DNA of 64,000 bases from Bacteroidales bacterium. Lineage in GTDB: Bacteria; Bacteroidota; Bacteroidia; Bacteroidales; TTA-H9. Below are positions 1 through 11,400 of this stretch, one piece after another. Made by a program: the position numbers and the translations under genes. Position 1 is the stretch's first letter; each line of letters begins with the position of its first letter. Under the pieces are notes generated by a model. It made no database searches. It was not told where the DNA came from and saw only the letters and a program-made list of their open reading frames with translations. Where the stretch lies: assembly GCA_035411425.1 (NCBI GenBank), contig DAONSX010000001.1, positions 133,150 through 197,149 on the forward strand, read 5' to 3'.

Positions 1-344
1 ATATCCTTAAGCTTGCGCTTGATGTACCCAAGCCTTTATTGATCGAAAGAATCAATCATCGTGTCGATGAAATGATGCAAAGAGGGCTGCTCGAAGAAGC
101 TCAGAGATTGTTACCCTTCAGAAATCTTCAGCCTTTGCGCAGCCTGGGTTATAAGGAATTGTTTGCTTATATGGAAGGACAATTTACTCTGGAAAAAGCT
201 ATCGAAAAAATAAAAATCAATACTCGAAAATTCGCTAAAAGACAAATCACTTGGTTTAAAAAAGACCCACTCTATCATTGGATTCCTCCGAATGACCTCC
301 AGCATATCGACCAATTGATCGAAAATGCATTGCAACAATCTTGA
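1..344 (+). CDS. miaA: tRNA dimethylallyltransferase, C-terminal part (5' end outside window)
   Basis: Frame open from nt 3 with no start. The tail ILKLALDVPKPLLIERINHRVDEMMQRGLLEEAQ...LGYKELFAYMEGQFTLEKAIEKIKINTRKFAKRQITWFKKD matches the conserved MiaA C-terminal helical region. TGA stop at 342-344. Confidence 0.85.
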   Translation, partial: ILKLALDVPKPLLIERINHRVDEMMQRGLLEEAQRLLPFRNLQPLRSLGYKELFAYMEGQFTLEKAIEKIKINTRKFAKRQITWFKKDPLYHWIPPNDLQHIDQLIENALQQS

Positions 345-477
345 TTTTTTACCGAAAATAAATTAAAAATCAGTTTTTTTTATTTTTAAATGTGATCTCC
401 ATATTATAAGTCGAAAAATATATTTTTTGTGATTTCTTTTTTTATATTTATTCATATACTTTCAATTTGAATCGATT

Positions 478-2340
478 GTGAAAAAAATAATCATCAATCT
501 TTTACGTCATTTAACCTTTTGGCTGTTGATCTTTGCTTCTGGAAGAATATTTTTTCTGATTTATTATCATGGAATTATTGCTCATTCTCACATAAAATTT
601 ACGGAGATAGCCGGCCTGTTCTTTCATGCTTTGCGGCTTGATGTGGCCACATTTTGCTATATTGCTTCATTATTCCTTTTTTTATATGTAATTGAAAGTA
701 TAACTAAATGGAGGGCAATTAATCAAATTGTGAAGTACTTGAATTTTTTATTGATTGGAATTTATTTTTTGATTGTTGCCGGTGAAACGGGTTTGTATGA
801 TGAATGGCATACAAAGCTCAACATGAAGGCGCTTGCGTATCTGAAGCATCCTGCAGAAGTGATAGCTTCAGCCCAAACACTGACGCTCGTGATAATGATA
901 CTTTTCTGGCTAGTATCGGTTTTTACTGCTTGCTGGCTATATAATAAGTTTATCTTCCAGGCTTCAACAAAGCAATCATCTCCAAAGGCATGGAAGGCAG
1001 TTATAACTTACATTGTGTTACAACCCATTCTCATTATTGGTTCCAGAGGTGGCATTCAGCAAATACCTATCAATCAGAGTCAAAGCTATTTTTCGAAACA
1101 TGCTATCTTGAATCATGCTGCCGTAAACCCAGCTTTCAATCTTTACATCAGTTGGTTCGAAAACCGTCAGTTCAAGGATAGGAATCCTTTTATTTATATG
1201 GATCAGGCCGAAGCCAGGCACATTGTAGATAGCTTATTTGCCAAGCCCACGACTAATGGGATGGACATATTGACAATATATAAACCCAATATAGTGATGT
1301 TGATTCTCGAGAGCTGGTCAGCCGATCTGATCGAGAGCCTTGGCGGAGAACCTGGCATAACGCCCGAATTTCGAAAACTCGAAATGGAAGGGATTCTTTT
1401 CACACAGGCGTATGCTGGTGGAAAACGTTCCGAACAAGGCTTGGCAGCTATTTTTAGCGGTTTTCCCCCACATCCCTATACTTCGATAACCGTTCAACCC
1501 GATAAATATCAACATCTTCCCAGCATTGTCAAAAAAATAAATGCGCAAGGCTATCATTCTTCATTTTATTTTGGAGGGCAGTTGATTTATGGAAACATCA
1601 AAAGCTATATCATCTTCAATCAATTTGACCGTATCAAGGAAATTTATGATTTCAAACTTCCCAATGTGAAGGGGAAACTTGGCATACATGACGAATATAC
1701 CCTTAACGAGCTTCTTCATGATCTTGCCGTTGAACCTGCACCTTTTTTCAGCGCTCTTTTTACGCTTAGCAGTCATTCGCCATACGATCAGCCCATGGAA
1801 GAAAAACTCTTCTGGGGTGATAACGAACGCAATTACATCAATTCAGCCTATTACACCGACTGGTGTTTGGGAAAGTTTTTCGAACAGGCACGCCATCAGA
1901 TTTGGTATCCGAATACGCTTTTTATCCTTGTGGCCGATCATAGCCATAATTCTTACCGAAATTGGCATCCAAACTCTTTCGAATACAATCGAATCCCTAT
2001 TCTCTTTTATGGTGATGTAATTCGTGAAGATTTACGAGGAACGCAAATTGACTGGTTGGTATCACAAACGGATTTAGGTACTACTTTGCTTGAAATCCTT
2101 AAAATTTCCACCCACGAATTTTATTGGGGGCGCAATATGTTTCACTCTGGCTTTCATGAGTTTACCTATCTCACCTTCGATTATGGGGTAGGATGGAAAG
2201 TACCCGAAGGAGAATACATCTGGGACGATCATCTAAAAATTCCTTTTAAAATGACAATTCCCGGTGAGATACATTTAAAACATGAAAAAAACGCCAAAGC
2301 TTTTCTTCAGGTTTTGTTCGATGAATACCTGAATCAATGA
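478..2340 (+). CDS. LTA synthase / sulfatase-family membrane protein (alkaline-phosphatase superfamily)
   Basis: GTG start. Several N-terminal hydrophobic helices are followed by a sulfatase-type domain (NIVMLILESWSAD, LSSHSPYD, ILVADHSH). Confidence 0.8.
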   Translation: MKKIIINLLRHLTFWLLIFASGRIFFLIYYHGIIAHSHIKFTEIAGLFFHALRLDVATFCYIASLFLFLYVIESITKWRAINQIVKYLNFLLIGIYFLIVAGETGLYDEWHTKLNMKALAYLKHPAEVIASAQTLTLVIMILFWLVSVFTACWLYNKFIFQASTKQSSPKAWKAVITYIVLQPILIIGSRGGIQQIPINQSQSYFSKHAILNHAAVNPAFNLYISWFENRQFKDRNPFIYMDQAEARHIVDSLFAKPTTNGMDILTIYKPNIVMLILESWSADLIESLGGEPGITPEFRKLEMEGILFTQAYAGGKRSEQGLAAIFSGFPPHPYTSITVQPDKYQHLPSIVKKINAQGYHSSFYFGGQLIYGNIKSYIIFNQFDRIKEIYDFKLPNVKGKLGIHDEYTLNELLHDLAVEPAPFFSALFTLSSHSPYDQPMEEKLFWGDNERNYINSAYYTDWCLGKFFEQARHQIWYPNTLFILVADHSHNSYRNWHPNSFEYNRIPILFYGDVIREDLRGTQIDWLVSQTDLGTTLLEILKISTHEFYWGRNMFHSGFHEFTYLTFDYGVGWKVPEGEYIWDDHLKIPFKMTIPGEIHLKHEKNAKAFLQVLFDEYLNQ

Positions 2341-3458
2341 TTCCATTCCTTGAAACCAAGCCTCATGGCTATATTTTTCTCTGACTCGTTCTTGATTTTT
2401 ACCTCGAAATGAGGAAATTCATGACGAAAATTATAAGAACTCCTCAACTGTTCAAATAAGCCGGAGTTTTTTCTCAAGGCCTCATCATCCTGAAAAATAT
2501 CGTATGTCGCTCTAACGGCTTCGATAAGATGTTCTACCAGCAGCCTGGCATGAGGAGGAGGTCCAATTTCTGGCAAAACAGGCTGCTTATCCCAATGATA
2601 AAACTCAGCAAGCCGTGTAAAGATTTGTTGTGAGGCATTGCGTTTCCCATCGAGACTATAACCCGCAATATGTGGAGTGGCAATCAAAGCTCGTTCCATT
2701 AAGCGCAATTCAATTTCGGGTTCATTTTCCCAAACATCCAGTATGTAGCTAAATTTTTCATGAGCCAATGCGAATCGATAAAGAGCCGATTCATCCACTA
2801 TGCTTCCTCTAGAAGTGTTGATGAGGCAAGCATCTGGTTTCATTTTCAGAATATTCTGGGAATGGATGAGATAATGGGTTGGATAAAAACCAGTGGTTGT
2901 GTAAGGCACGTGTAAGGTAAGAATGTCGGAATTTGCCATGATTTCATCCAAAGAATTCTGAACCCTCAGAATGCCTTTCTCGAAGAGGGGAGGATCGTTA
3001 ATAAGAACCTCCATTCCAAGCAAAGAGCCCAAATGAACGATTTTTTCGCCTACATGTCCTCTGCCGATAACTCCCATGATTAATCCCTTCAAATTTTTCC
3101 TTTTTACCTCGGCATATTCAAGGATGGCGCAGCTTATATATTGAAAAACAGCACCCGAATTACTTCCGGGTGCACTAAAAACCACGATTCCAGCCTGTGA
3201 ACAATAATTCTGGTCGATATGATCGACTCCACTGGTAGCCGTACCTATGAATTTTATCTCAGTCCCATCGAGAAGCTGTTCGTTGCATAGCGTTCGTGTG
3301 CGAATAAGAAGAGCTTCCGCATTCTGTTCAATCAATAGATTTTTTGTAATCTTAGAGGCAGGATAAGACTTCAGATGGATGGGAAATTCACCCAGAAAAT
3401 CCAAATAAGGGATTTTTTCATCTGCAACGATGGTTGGGATTTGGCTTTTCATATTCAA
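2334..3458 (-). CDS. pdxB: 4-phosphoerythronate dehydrogenase
   Basis: D-2-hydroxyacid dehydrogenase fold with NAD motif GVIGRGHVGEK and catalytic-region motifs NTSRGSIVDE and TPHIAGYS. At 374 aa it carries the extra C-terminal domain typical of PdxB. Confidence 0.7.
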   Translation of the reverse strand: MNMKSQIPTIVADEKIPYLDFLGEFPIHLKSYPASKITKNLLIEQNAEALLIRTRTLCNEQLLDGTEIKFIGTATSGVDHIDQNYCSQAGIVVFSAPGSNSGAVFQYISCAILEYAEVKRKNLKGLIMGVIGRGHVGEKIVHLGSLLGMEVLINDPPLFEKGILRVQNSLDEIMANSDILTLHVPYTTTGFYPTHYLIHSQNILKMKPDACLINTSRGSIVDESALYRFALAHEKFSYILDVWENEPEIELRLMERALIATPHIAGYSLDGKRNASQQIFTRLAEFYHWDKQPVLPEIGPPPHARLLVEHLIEAVRATYDIFQDDEALRKNSGLFEQLRSSYNFRHEFPHFEVKIKNESEKNIAMRLGFKEWNH

Positions 3459-3721
3459 AACAATATAGAGAGAGAGTCGAAAGGTATGAACAAAAATTAT
3501 TTTTTCTCAGTTTTCGGAAAATCACTTTCCCCACTTTTCGAAGAAGAATTTTCCTTAGGTTGGGGTAAAATACAACACAAAGGCTTTGTGGTTTTATTAA
3601 ATCCTATAAAACTTCGAGAGCCTATGAAGACACAATTAAAAGAAGGAATGATGTGCCAAAAAATTAAAATTATCGAGAAAATGCAAAGGCATCCGTGCTA
3701 TGAGCAGAAAAATTTGCTATG

Positions 3722-3794
3722 AGCGGAAAACGGGATTCGAACCCGCGACCCTCAGCTTGGGAAGCTGATGCTCTGCCAACTGAGCTACTTCCGC
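3722..3794 (-). tRNA. tRNA-Gly (anticodon CCC)
   Basis: The reverse complement GCGGAAGTAGCTCAGTTGGCAGAGCATCAGCTTCCCAAGCTGAGGGTCGCGGGTTCGAATCCCGTTTTCCGCT folds as a 73-nt cloverleaf. It has a 7-bp acceptor stem, anticodon loop TTCCCAA and T-loop TTCGAAT. CCA is not encoded. Confidence 0.9.
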
Positions 3795-3808
3795 ATTTTT
3801 TTGTTCCG

Positions 3809-3816
3809 CAAAATTA
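3809..3816 (-). promoter_or_regulatory. Bacteroidetes-type -7 promoter box (TAATTTTG on minus strand) upstream of tRNA-Gly
   Basis: Plus-strand CAAAATTA is the reverse complement of TAnnTTTG. It lies 15 nt upstream of the tRNA 5' end. Confidence 0.5.
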
Positions 3817-3971
3817 TATCTTTCGTCATTTTTATGCAAATTTGCCTAAAAACGAATTATAAACTATTTTTACTCCGTGAAGTTGAATTATCAGAATTCG
3901 GAAAAGAAAGTCATTCGCAAGATCGAACATCATTTTGTGATTCATTAAATTTCAACATTATAGAAATCATT

Positions 3972-4553
3972 ATGGATTTTACGAAAGCACGCGATTTTAT
4001 TCTCAACGAGCTACGAACCGGTCTGAGGCCTAAATTTCATTATCATAGCACCGATCGCACCCTCGATGTTTATGATTCGGCCATGTGTTTAGCAAGGCTC
4101 GAAAATCTCGATGCCTTGGAAAGCGATTTATTGAAAACAGCCACCATATTGAATGATGCTGGAATGATGAACACCTATAAAGGTCATGAGGAAACTTCAG
4201 CTGAACTCGCCAGGTTATGGTTGCCTCGATTCGGTTATACAAAACAAAAAACCGAATGGATTTGCGAAATGATTATGGCTAGCAAAACACCTCACAAAAC
4301 CTCTACTTTGTCTTCCAAAATCCTTTGCGATGCCGATCTCGATTACCTTGGCCGTGATGATTTCTTCATGATTTTGCATAAATTACGGATAGAATGGATT
4401 CAATTGAACCTCATCAATCTTAACCTGAAGGAATGGCATCATCTTCAATTAGAGTTTTTATCCACTCATCAATATTTTAGCAACGCAGCGCGCGAATCCC
4501 GGCAAAAGGGCAAAGAAGAAAATATCTGGCAAATCAGTAATCTTTTGTCGTAA
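3972..4553 (+). CDS. HD-domain family protein with substituted metal-ligand positions
   Basis: I trimmed the listed ORF 3768-4553 to the ATG at 3972, because its first 68 codons overlap the tRNA and its promoter. The protein MDFTKARDFILNELR...HEETS...IMASK...CDADLDYLGRDDF follows the HD phosphohydrolase layout. It reads YHSTDRT and LNDAG where relatives usually have YHNxxHT and (F/L)HD(T/I)G. Confidence 0.7.
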   Translation: MDFTKARDFILNELRTGLRPKFHYHSTDRTLDVYDSAMCLARLENLDALESDLLKTATILNDAGMMNTYKGHEETSAELARLWLPRFGYTKQKTEWICEMIMASKTPHKTSTLSSKILCDADLDYLGRDDFFMILHKLRIEWIQLNLINLNLKEWHHLQLEFLSTHQYFSNAARESRQKGKEENIWQISNLLS

Positions 4554-4698
4554 TTTTCCATAAAAATCAGTTTATCAGTAAGTTGACTACAACGACATAA
4601 CGAATAACTTTAAATTTTTTACCACCATACTACCCATTGTAAGATTTTTTCGTATCAAGATCCACAGTTACTTTCGTCGCAATCCTTTTGGATTTATT

Positions 4699-6123
4699 TT
4701 GACGGGAGCGGTGGTTATCAGGCTGATAGCAGCTTATTTCTCCGTAGGTTATGTGTTTGCCTTTGAACACTTCGACGTGATAGAACCGACTTATAATTTG
4801 CATCCGGGTTTTGATGTACAAAAACCTTATCCTTTTTACTTTATGCTGCATCAAGGTTTATTTTCGGTGATGAGTTCGATGAATATTCTTACACCCCGGA
4901 CTCAAATGCTCATCATTAGAATCATTCATGCAATTTTTTCTATCATTACCGTGTTGTTTGGATACAGCCTGGCAAAGGCATCGGGTAACAAAAGAGGAGC
5001 ATATCTGGCTTTTGCTCTTTTGGCCTTCGCCTGGATTATTCCTTTTATCTCGGTAAGAAATTATGCATTTAACCTTGCTATGCCTTTTATCGTCATGGCT
5101 GTCTGGTTGGCTCGGGTTTCTTTACAAAAATATTACTATTTGTCGTTTTTGGGGGGATTGGCCGGCGGATTGAGTATAGCCATCTATCCACATGCAGCAG
5201 TTTATTGGCTCATTTTTATCTTATTCACTCTGTTTATTAAAAAACCCATTCGTTTTTTACTTCTTGCCCTAGGTACATGGATCTCCCTATTGCTTAGCTT
5301 ATGGTATATTCACCAGGTTCCTATAAGTTCTCCTCTAACGGTTTGGACTTATTTATGGCAAAATCTTTACCCCGAACAAATTGCGTTGAATACTTCCGGA
5401 TGGATTGGACCACTTATTCTTGCCCTTGTTTTGGGTCCTCCTTTGGGTTTTTTTGTATTATTCGGATTTTTACGCCTCAGAAAGGAAACTATTCGTATCG
5501 CTGCTCCTGCTTTGGTTTGTTTTCTGATAGGCACCTTTCTTCAGAATCGATACCATCAACTTTTTATTGCCTTCCCATTTATTGTTCTAACCGGCAGTCA
5601 TGGCTGGACTGATTTTATCGAAAAGAGCAAATCATGGTCGAGCCGTTACCGATCCTTATACTATGCCATGCTAGGATATTTCTGGACAGCAAACAGTATT
5701 TTATTGATCTGGATTTCGACGGTTGCACCTCATCAACCTCTTATCGATGCCTTAGAATATATTGGAAAAAATCCAAAAGTGAATGTTATTGTCGCCGTAG
5801 AACCAACATCTGATTTCTTCGAACCTGTTCCAGTGTATTATGCCGCTAAGTCTATTCAAGTAAAATATATTTCGAATGCCAAAGACATTGATTCGTTGAG
5901 AAATCACATTCGAATGCATTCGAGAGATTCTTTGCCTGGCTATGTTTTGTTTTTAGGAGAAAAAAATTTGAAACAAAGAATTAAAACCGTTTCTGAAATA
6001 ATGCCTTCATTGAGTGTTAATGCAATTTTCAAGGCAGGATTTACCGAACGAAATATTCGCCGAATTTTACATCAACCTACTTCGGGAAGCGTTATCGTTT
6101 ATAAGAATGATTATTTTTATTAA
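4699..6123 (+). CDS. GT-C fold integral-membrane glycosyltransferase (GT22 / PIG-B / Alg9-like signature)
   Basis: TTG start. More than 10 hydrophobic helices. The N-terminal loop motif FEHFDVIEP resembles the (D/E)ExFQxxEP signature of GT22 mannosyltransferases. The soluble C-terminal region is about 100 aa. Confidence 0.6.
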   Translation: MTGAVVIRLIAAYFSVGYVFAFEHFDVIEPTYNLHPGFDVQKPYPFYFMLHQGLFSVMSSMNILTPRTQMLIIRIIHAIFSIITVLFGYSLAKASGNKRGAYLAFALLAFAWIIPFISVRNYAFNLAMPFIVMAVWLARVSLQKYYYLSFLGGLAGGLSIAIYPHAAVYWLIFILFTLFIKKPIRFLLLALGTWISLLLSLWYIHQVPISSPLTVWTYLWQNLYPEQIALNTSGWIGPLILALVLGPPLGFFVLFGFLRLRKETIRIAAPALVCFLIGTFLQNRYHQLFIAFPFIVLTGSHGWTDFIEKSKSWSSRYRSLYYAMLGYFWTANSILLIWISTVAPHQPLIDALEYIGKNPKVNVIVAVEPTSDFFEPVPVYYAAKSIQVKYISNAKDIDSLRNHIRMHSRDSLPGYVLFLGEKNLKQRIKTVSEIMPSLSVNAIFKAGFTERNIRRILHQPTSGSVIVYKNDYFY

Positions 6124-8199
<2,076 letters not shown>

Positions 8200-8261
8200 T
8201 TCATCCTTATCCCATTCACTTCAATTCCTATACAATAATTCCTCTGTAGAAAGAATGTGTT

Positions 8262-10412
8262 TTATTGTAAAGGAGTTATTACTTCGATGAGTTCGGGTAG
8301 ATCCATGTTGATTTTTTTTAGATGTTCGATGGTAGGCACGCCATTCTTGTTCCAACCTCTCCGTTCATACACTGCATCGAGCAGCTTTTCGTATTGTGCT
8401 TCACGATATTTGCGAAGAGCGGCCATTTTTTCTTTTGTAGTCATTACGTTAGGATCGAGATGAAGTATTTCACGAAGTTGATTATCATAACGTTCTTGTC
8501 GGCTTTCGTATTCTTCGATGGTTACTGGCCCTGCGGCGCGATAAGGTTGAGCATCGTATTTACGGATTCCATAACCTCGCCGAATATTAAAAATCCGTTG
8601 ATAGTTATACACTCGCTCTGACATGCGGATGAGCTCGTGTTTATCGATTTTGCGACCAGTAACGGCATTGAAGATTGTTACATAATTATCTACATGCTCT
8701 GGAACCTTGGCAGGTTCGTCTGTTAGATGGTTGTTTTCGGGTTCCACATCATTCCATGGAAGTTTGCATAAACCGTTTAGGCCAAACCATGTCCTGAACA
8801 TAGGAAAATAGTGTAAGGCTTCGGCCTTGTCGGTGAATGTAGGGATTTGATTATTAACCATATCCATGAAAATTAGCCAGGCCTCATCATGTTGGGGGCC
8901 TTTATTGGTCATAGCATAGCCTCCTTGCTGAGCTAGAGATTCTTTCGAGACATATTGAGAATATTCGAGGTTTTTGTTAATCATGCCAATATCGTCGAGG
9001 AATTGTTGATCGGCACCAAAATGCTCTACAAAGTAGCGTTTGCAGCCTGCTATGCCCAATCCTGCAATCTTTCCAAATCCTTCACTGCGAGCTACTTGAT
9101 GAAGCAGTTCAAGGGCGTCGAGACCGTTCCCCCATGATAAATCCAATCCTCCCGTACGTTTTTTGTTGAGGATACCATTTTCCCAGCATTCCATCAAAAA
9201 AGCCGTTAAGGTGCCCCAGCTAATCGTACAAACACCATAAGTATCACAATAAAAATTCAATTCGATAATAATGTCAGGGTCGAAAATACCTGAGTTGGAA
9301 CCCAAACCTGCGGCATTTTCATATTCAGGTCCATCCACAAGAACTTTGGTACCCTTGTAAGGTCCGGTTTGTAGTTCAAAACCATCTACTCCCTTTGCGC
9401 AGGCCATATTACAGCCTACCCAGCATCCATCTGGAATATTTTGAGTAAATTTTCTCGTCCATACGTTCGAATCGATCTTATAGGCCTCAGGGTGCGAACC
9501 GAACTTGAAATTATGCGTGGGAAGCAGATCATAATCATTCATTATCTCCATAAGGTGGGCAGTTCCTACTTTGCGCATGCGGTTTTGCTTGTCGTCCAAC
9601 TCGCGCATTTCACGATTGAATCTTCTGCCACATTCCTGAATAGCCTCTAAATCGACTACATTGTTCAAATTTCCACTGATACCAGGCACTTTCGCCACCA
9701 AAGCCCTGATGTTCTTATGGCGAAAAACAGTTCCTATGCCACCTCTGCCAGCTTGCTTCAAACGTACTTCCTTTCGTCTTTTATCGTAAAAACTAAAATT
9801 CAGCATGCCAATTAAACTGTGTTCGGCCGCCTGACCTGTCGAAACAACCGAAACGTTGAATTTATCGTTCTCATCACTGGCAAAAATTTCATGCAACTGA
9901 GCTGCCAATAAATGACTGTTGAACTCGAGACCATTGGCATCAAAGACTTCAATTTTATGATTGATGCCATCAAAATAAATGATAATGTCTTGTTTTGAAA
10001 TCCCTTGAAGCTCTAAAGCATCGAAGCCACAAAATTTGAGAAAGGGACCGAAAAAACCTCCCACATTGCTGTCCATTACAAAATTCGTAGGCGAAATGCT
10101 TACCACCAGTGATTTCCCCGTACCTGAGTACTGTGTAATACCCGCAATTGGGCCAGGTGAAATAACGACTTCATTTTCAGGATCATTCCATTTTGTGGTA
10201 GGTAAAGTGCCTTCCCATAAGAGTTTTAAACCAAATCCCTTACCACCGGTAAATTTTTCTTTCATCTCCTCGTTTACAGGCTTTTCCTTGAATTCGAGAG
10301 TATCTACATTGATATACAAAGTGCGATTGTTGTAACCTCTATAAATGGGATGCCATTCGTGAACATATTCCTTCAATAATCTGTGCGTTTTCCGAAAATC
10401 TTCAATATTCAT
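8262..10412 (-). CDS. aldehyde:ferredoxin oxidoreductase family (tungsto/molybdopterin) protein
   Basis: AOR N-terminal domain (YRGYNNRTLYINVDTLEFKEKPV...FTGGKGFGLKLLWE), GRGGIGTVFRHKNIRALV, Cys cluster DGCWVGCNMACAKG and C-terminal YERRGWNKNGVPT. Confidence 0.9.
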   Translation of the reverse strand: MNIEDFRKTHRLLKEYVHEWHPIYRGYNNRTLYINVDTLEFKEKPVNEEMKEKFTGGKGFGLKLLWEGTLPTTKWNDPENEVVISPGPIAGITQYSGTGKSLVVSISPTNFVMDSNVGGFFGPFLKFCGFDALELQGISKQDIIIYFDGINHKIEVFDANGLEFNSHLLAAQLHEIFASDENDKFNVSVVSTGQAAEHSLIGMLNFSFYDKRRKEVRLKQAGRGGIGTVFRHKNIRALVAKVPGISGNLNNVVDLEAIQECGRRFNREMRELDDKQNRMRKVGTAHLMEIMNDYDLLPTHNFKFGSHPEAYKIDSNVWTRKFTQNIPDGCWVGCNMACAKGVDGFELQTGPYKGTKVLVDGPEYENAAGLGSNSGIFDPDIIIELNFYCDTYGVCTISWGTLTAFLMECWENGILNKKRTGGLDLSWGNGLDALELLHQVARSEGFGKIAGLGIAGCKRYFVEHFGADQQFLDDIGMINKNLEYSQYVSKESLAQQGGYAMTNKGPQHDEAWLIFMDMVNNQIPTFTDKAEALHYFPMFRTWFGLNGLCKLPWNDVEPENNHLTDEPAKVPEHVDNYVTIFNAVTGRKIDKHELIRMSERVYNYQRIFNIRRGYGIRKYDAQPYRAAGPVTIEEYESRQERYDNQLREILHLDPNVMTTKEKMAALRKYREAQYEKLLDAVYERRGWNKNGVPTIEHLKKINMDLPELIEVITPLQ

Positions 10413-10454
10413 AACTCGATATTTTTTTAAAGAACTTTTATCCTAAAAATTTTA

Positions 10455-10462
10455 CAAATATA
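10455..10462 (-). promoter_or_regulatory. -7 promoter box (TATATTTG on minus strand) upstream of the AOR gene
   Basis: Plus-strand CAAATATA lies 43 nt upstream of the AOR ATG (10412). Confidence 0.45.
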
Positions 10463-10685
10463 TAAGCAATTTTCCTGTTTTAAAATAGAATAATTAATTA
10501 AAGCATTTATTTTTTTGAAAAATTATAATTTAAAATATGGCATAGTGAACTAAAACAGTTAGTTATAAATTTCGATTTGAAAAATTTTTCAACTTGCTTT
10601 TTTTAATTTTATCATTGAAAAACCTGATTCGACTTAACATATTTTATTTCGAAAGAACTTTCAGCTTTAAAACCATAAAAACTTA

Positions 10686-10693
10686 TACCTTTG
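10686..10693 (+). promoter_or_regulatory. -7 promoter box TACCTTTG upstream of the 59-aa winged-helix gene
   Basis: Matches TAnnTTTG, 27 nt upstream of the ATG at 10720. Confidence 0.55.
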
Positions 10694-10719
10694 CATTAAA
10701 CAATAAATAAGAAGACTAT

Positions 10720-10899
10720 ATGGATACAGAGGAAAAACTCATTGAAACCTTAACTCGAGCGGGAAAACCCATGCGTTCTGGTGAAATTGCCCAGGCTACC
10801 AAACTCGATAAAAAAGAAGTAGAAAAGGCCATCAAGGTATTGGTGAAGCAAGGCAAGCTATTCTCTCCGGTTCGTTGCTTCTATGATATAAAGAAATAG
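10720..10899 (+). CDS. small winged-helix DNA-binding protein (59 aa; below the ORF-track length cutoff)
   Basis: My own translation is MDTEEKLIETLTRAGKPMRSGEIAQATKLDKKEVEKAIKVLVKQGKLFSPVRCFYDIKK, with TAG at 10897-10899. The pattern (AGKPMxxGEIAxATxLDKKEVxKAIKxLxKxGKxxSPxRC) looks like a stand-alone wHTH. It has its own consensus promoter box. Confidence 0.7.
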   Translation: MDTEEKLIETLTRAGKPMRSGEIAQATKLDKKEVEKAIKVLVKQGKLFSPVRCFYDIKK

Positions 10900-10908
10900 A
10901 ATCATCGA

Positions 10909-11400
10909 CTAAAGAGTATAGAGAGAAGGATCGAATGCCCGCGGCGACCAGTTTCGGAGAAAATGGATGACCTTCCCCTCATCATAACCTTCACCCGATT
11001 CTAAAAGGCCGGAGTCTTGCGTATGAATTCTCTGACCATTCTTGTCGAGAATCACGAACACCGGAAATCCGAAACGCTGAGGGTATTCAAGAAGCTTTAA
11101 TACTTCCTGATTTTTGTTTTCCTTGCTGTAATTCACCAGACAAATTATGTAATCAGCCTTCAGAAGTGAGTCAACCTTGGCATTTTCATGAATAAAGCTA
11201 TGAAATTTTATACACCATGGACACCAGTTTCCACCAATTTGAACAAAAACATGTTTATTCTCTTTGGCTGCCTTTTGAATAGCTTGCTGAAGATCGGCCA
11301 GGGCATTGGCCTCGGGATGATATATCTGAACTCTATGTTGGGAATAAGATGGGATAGACAATACTAAAAAAATAAAAAATAACAGGTTCAATCTGTTCAT
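10909..11400 (-). CDS. secreted thioredoxin-fold protein
   Basis: Signal peptide MNRLNLLFFIFLVLSIPSYSQ and CxxC motif GGNWCPWCIKF. A minus-strand -7 box (plus-strand CAAAATTA, 11432-11439) lies 32 nt upstream. Confidence 0.8.
   Translation of the reverse strand: MNRLNLLFFIFLVLSIPSYSQHRVQIYHPEANALADLQQAIQKAAKENKHVFVQIGGNWCPWCIKFHSFIHENAKVDSLLKADYIICLVNYSKENKNQEVLKLLEYPQRFGFPVFVILDKNGQRIHTQDSGLLESGEGYDEGKVIHFLRNWSPRAFDPSLYTL

Noticed and set aside
3375-3722. 115-aa ORF spanning the pdxB start and the tRNA-proximal spacer.
   Set aside because: It overlaps the pdxB N-terminus in antisense and runs through an AT-rich promoter region. It has no motif support.
3768-3971. N-terminal 68 codons of the listed ORF 3768-4553.
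   Set aside because: This part overlaps tRNA-Gly and its promoter and translates to hydrophobic nonsense. The recognisable HD-family sequence starts at the ATG at 3972.
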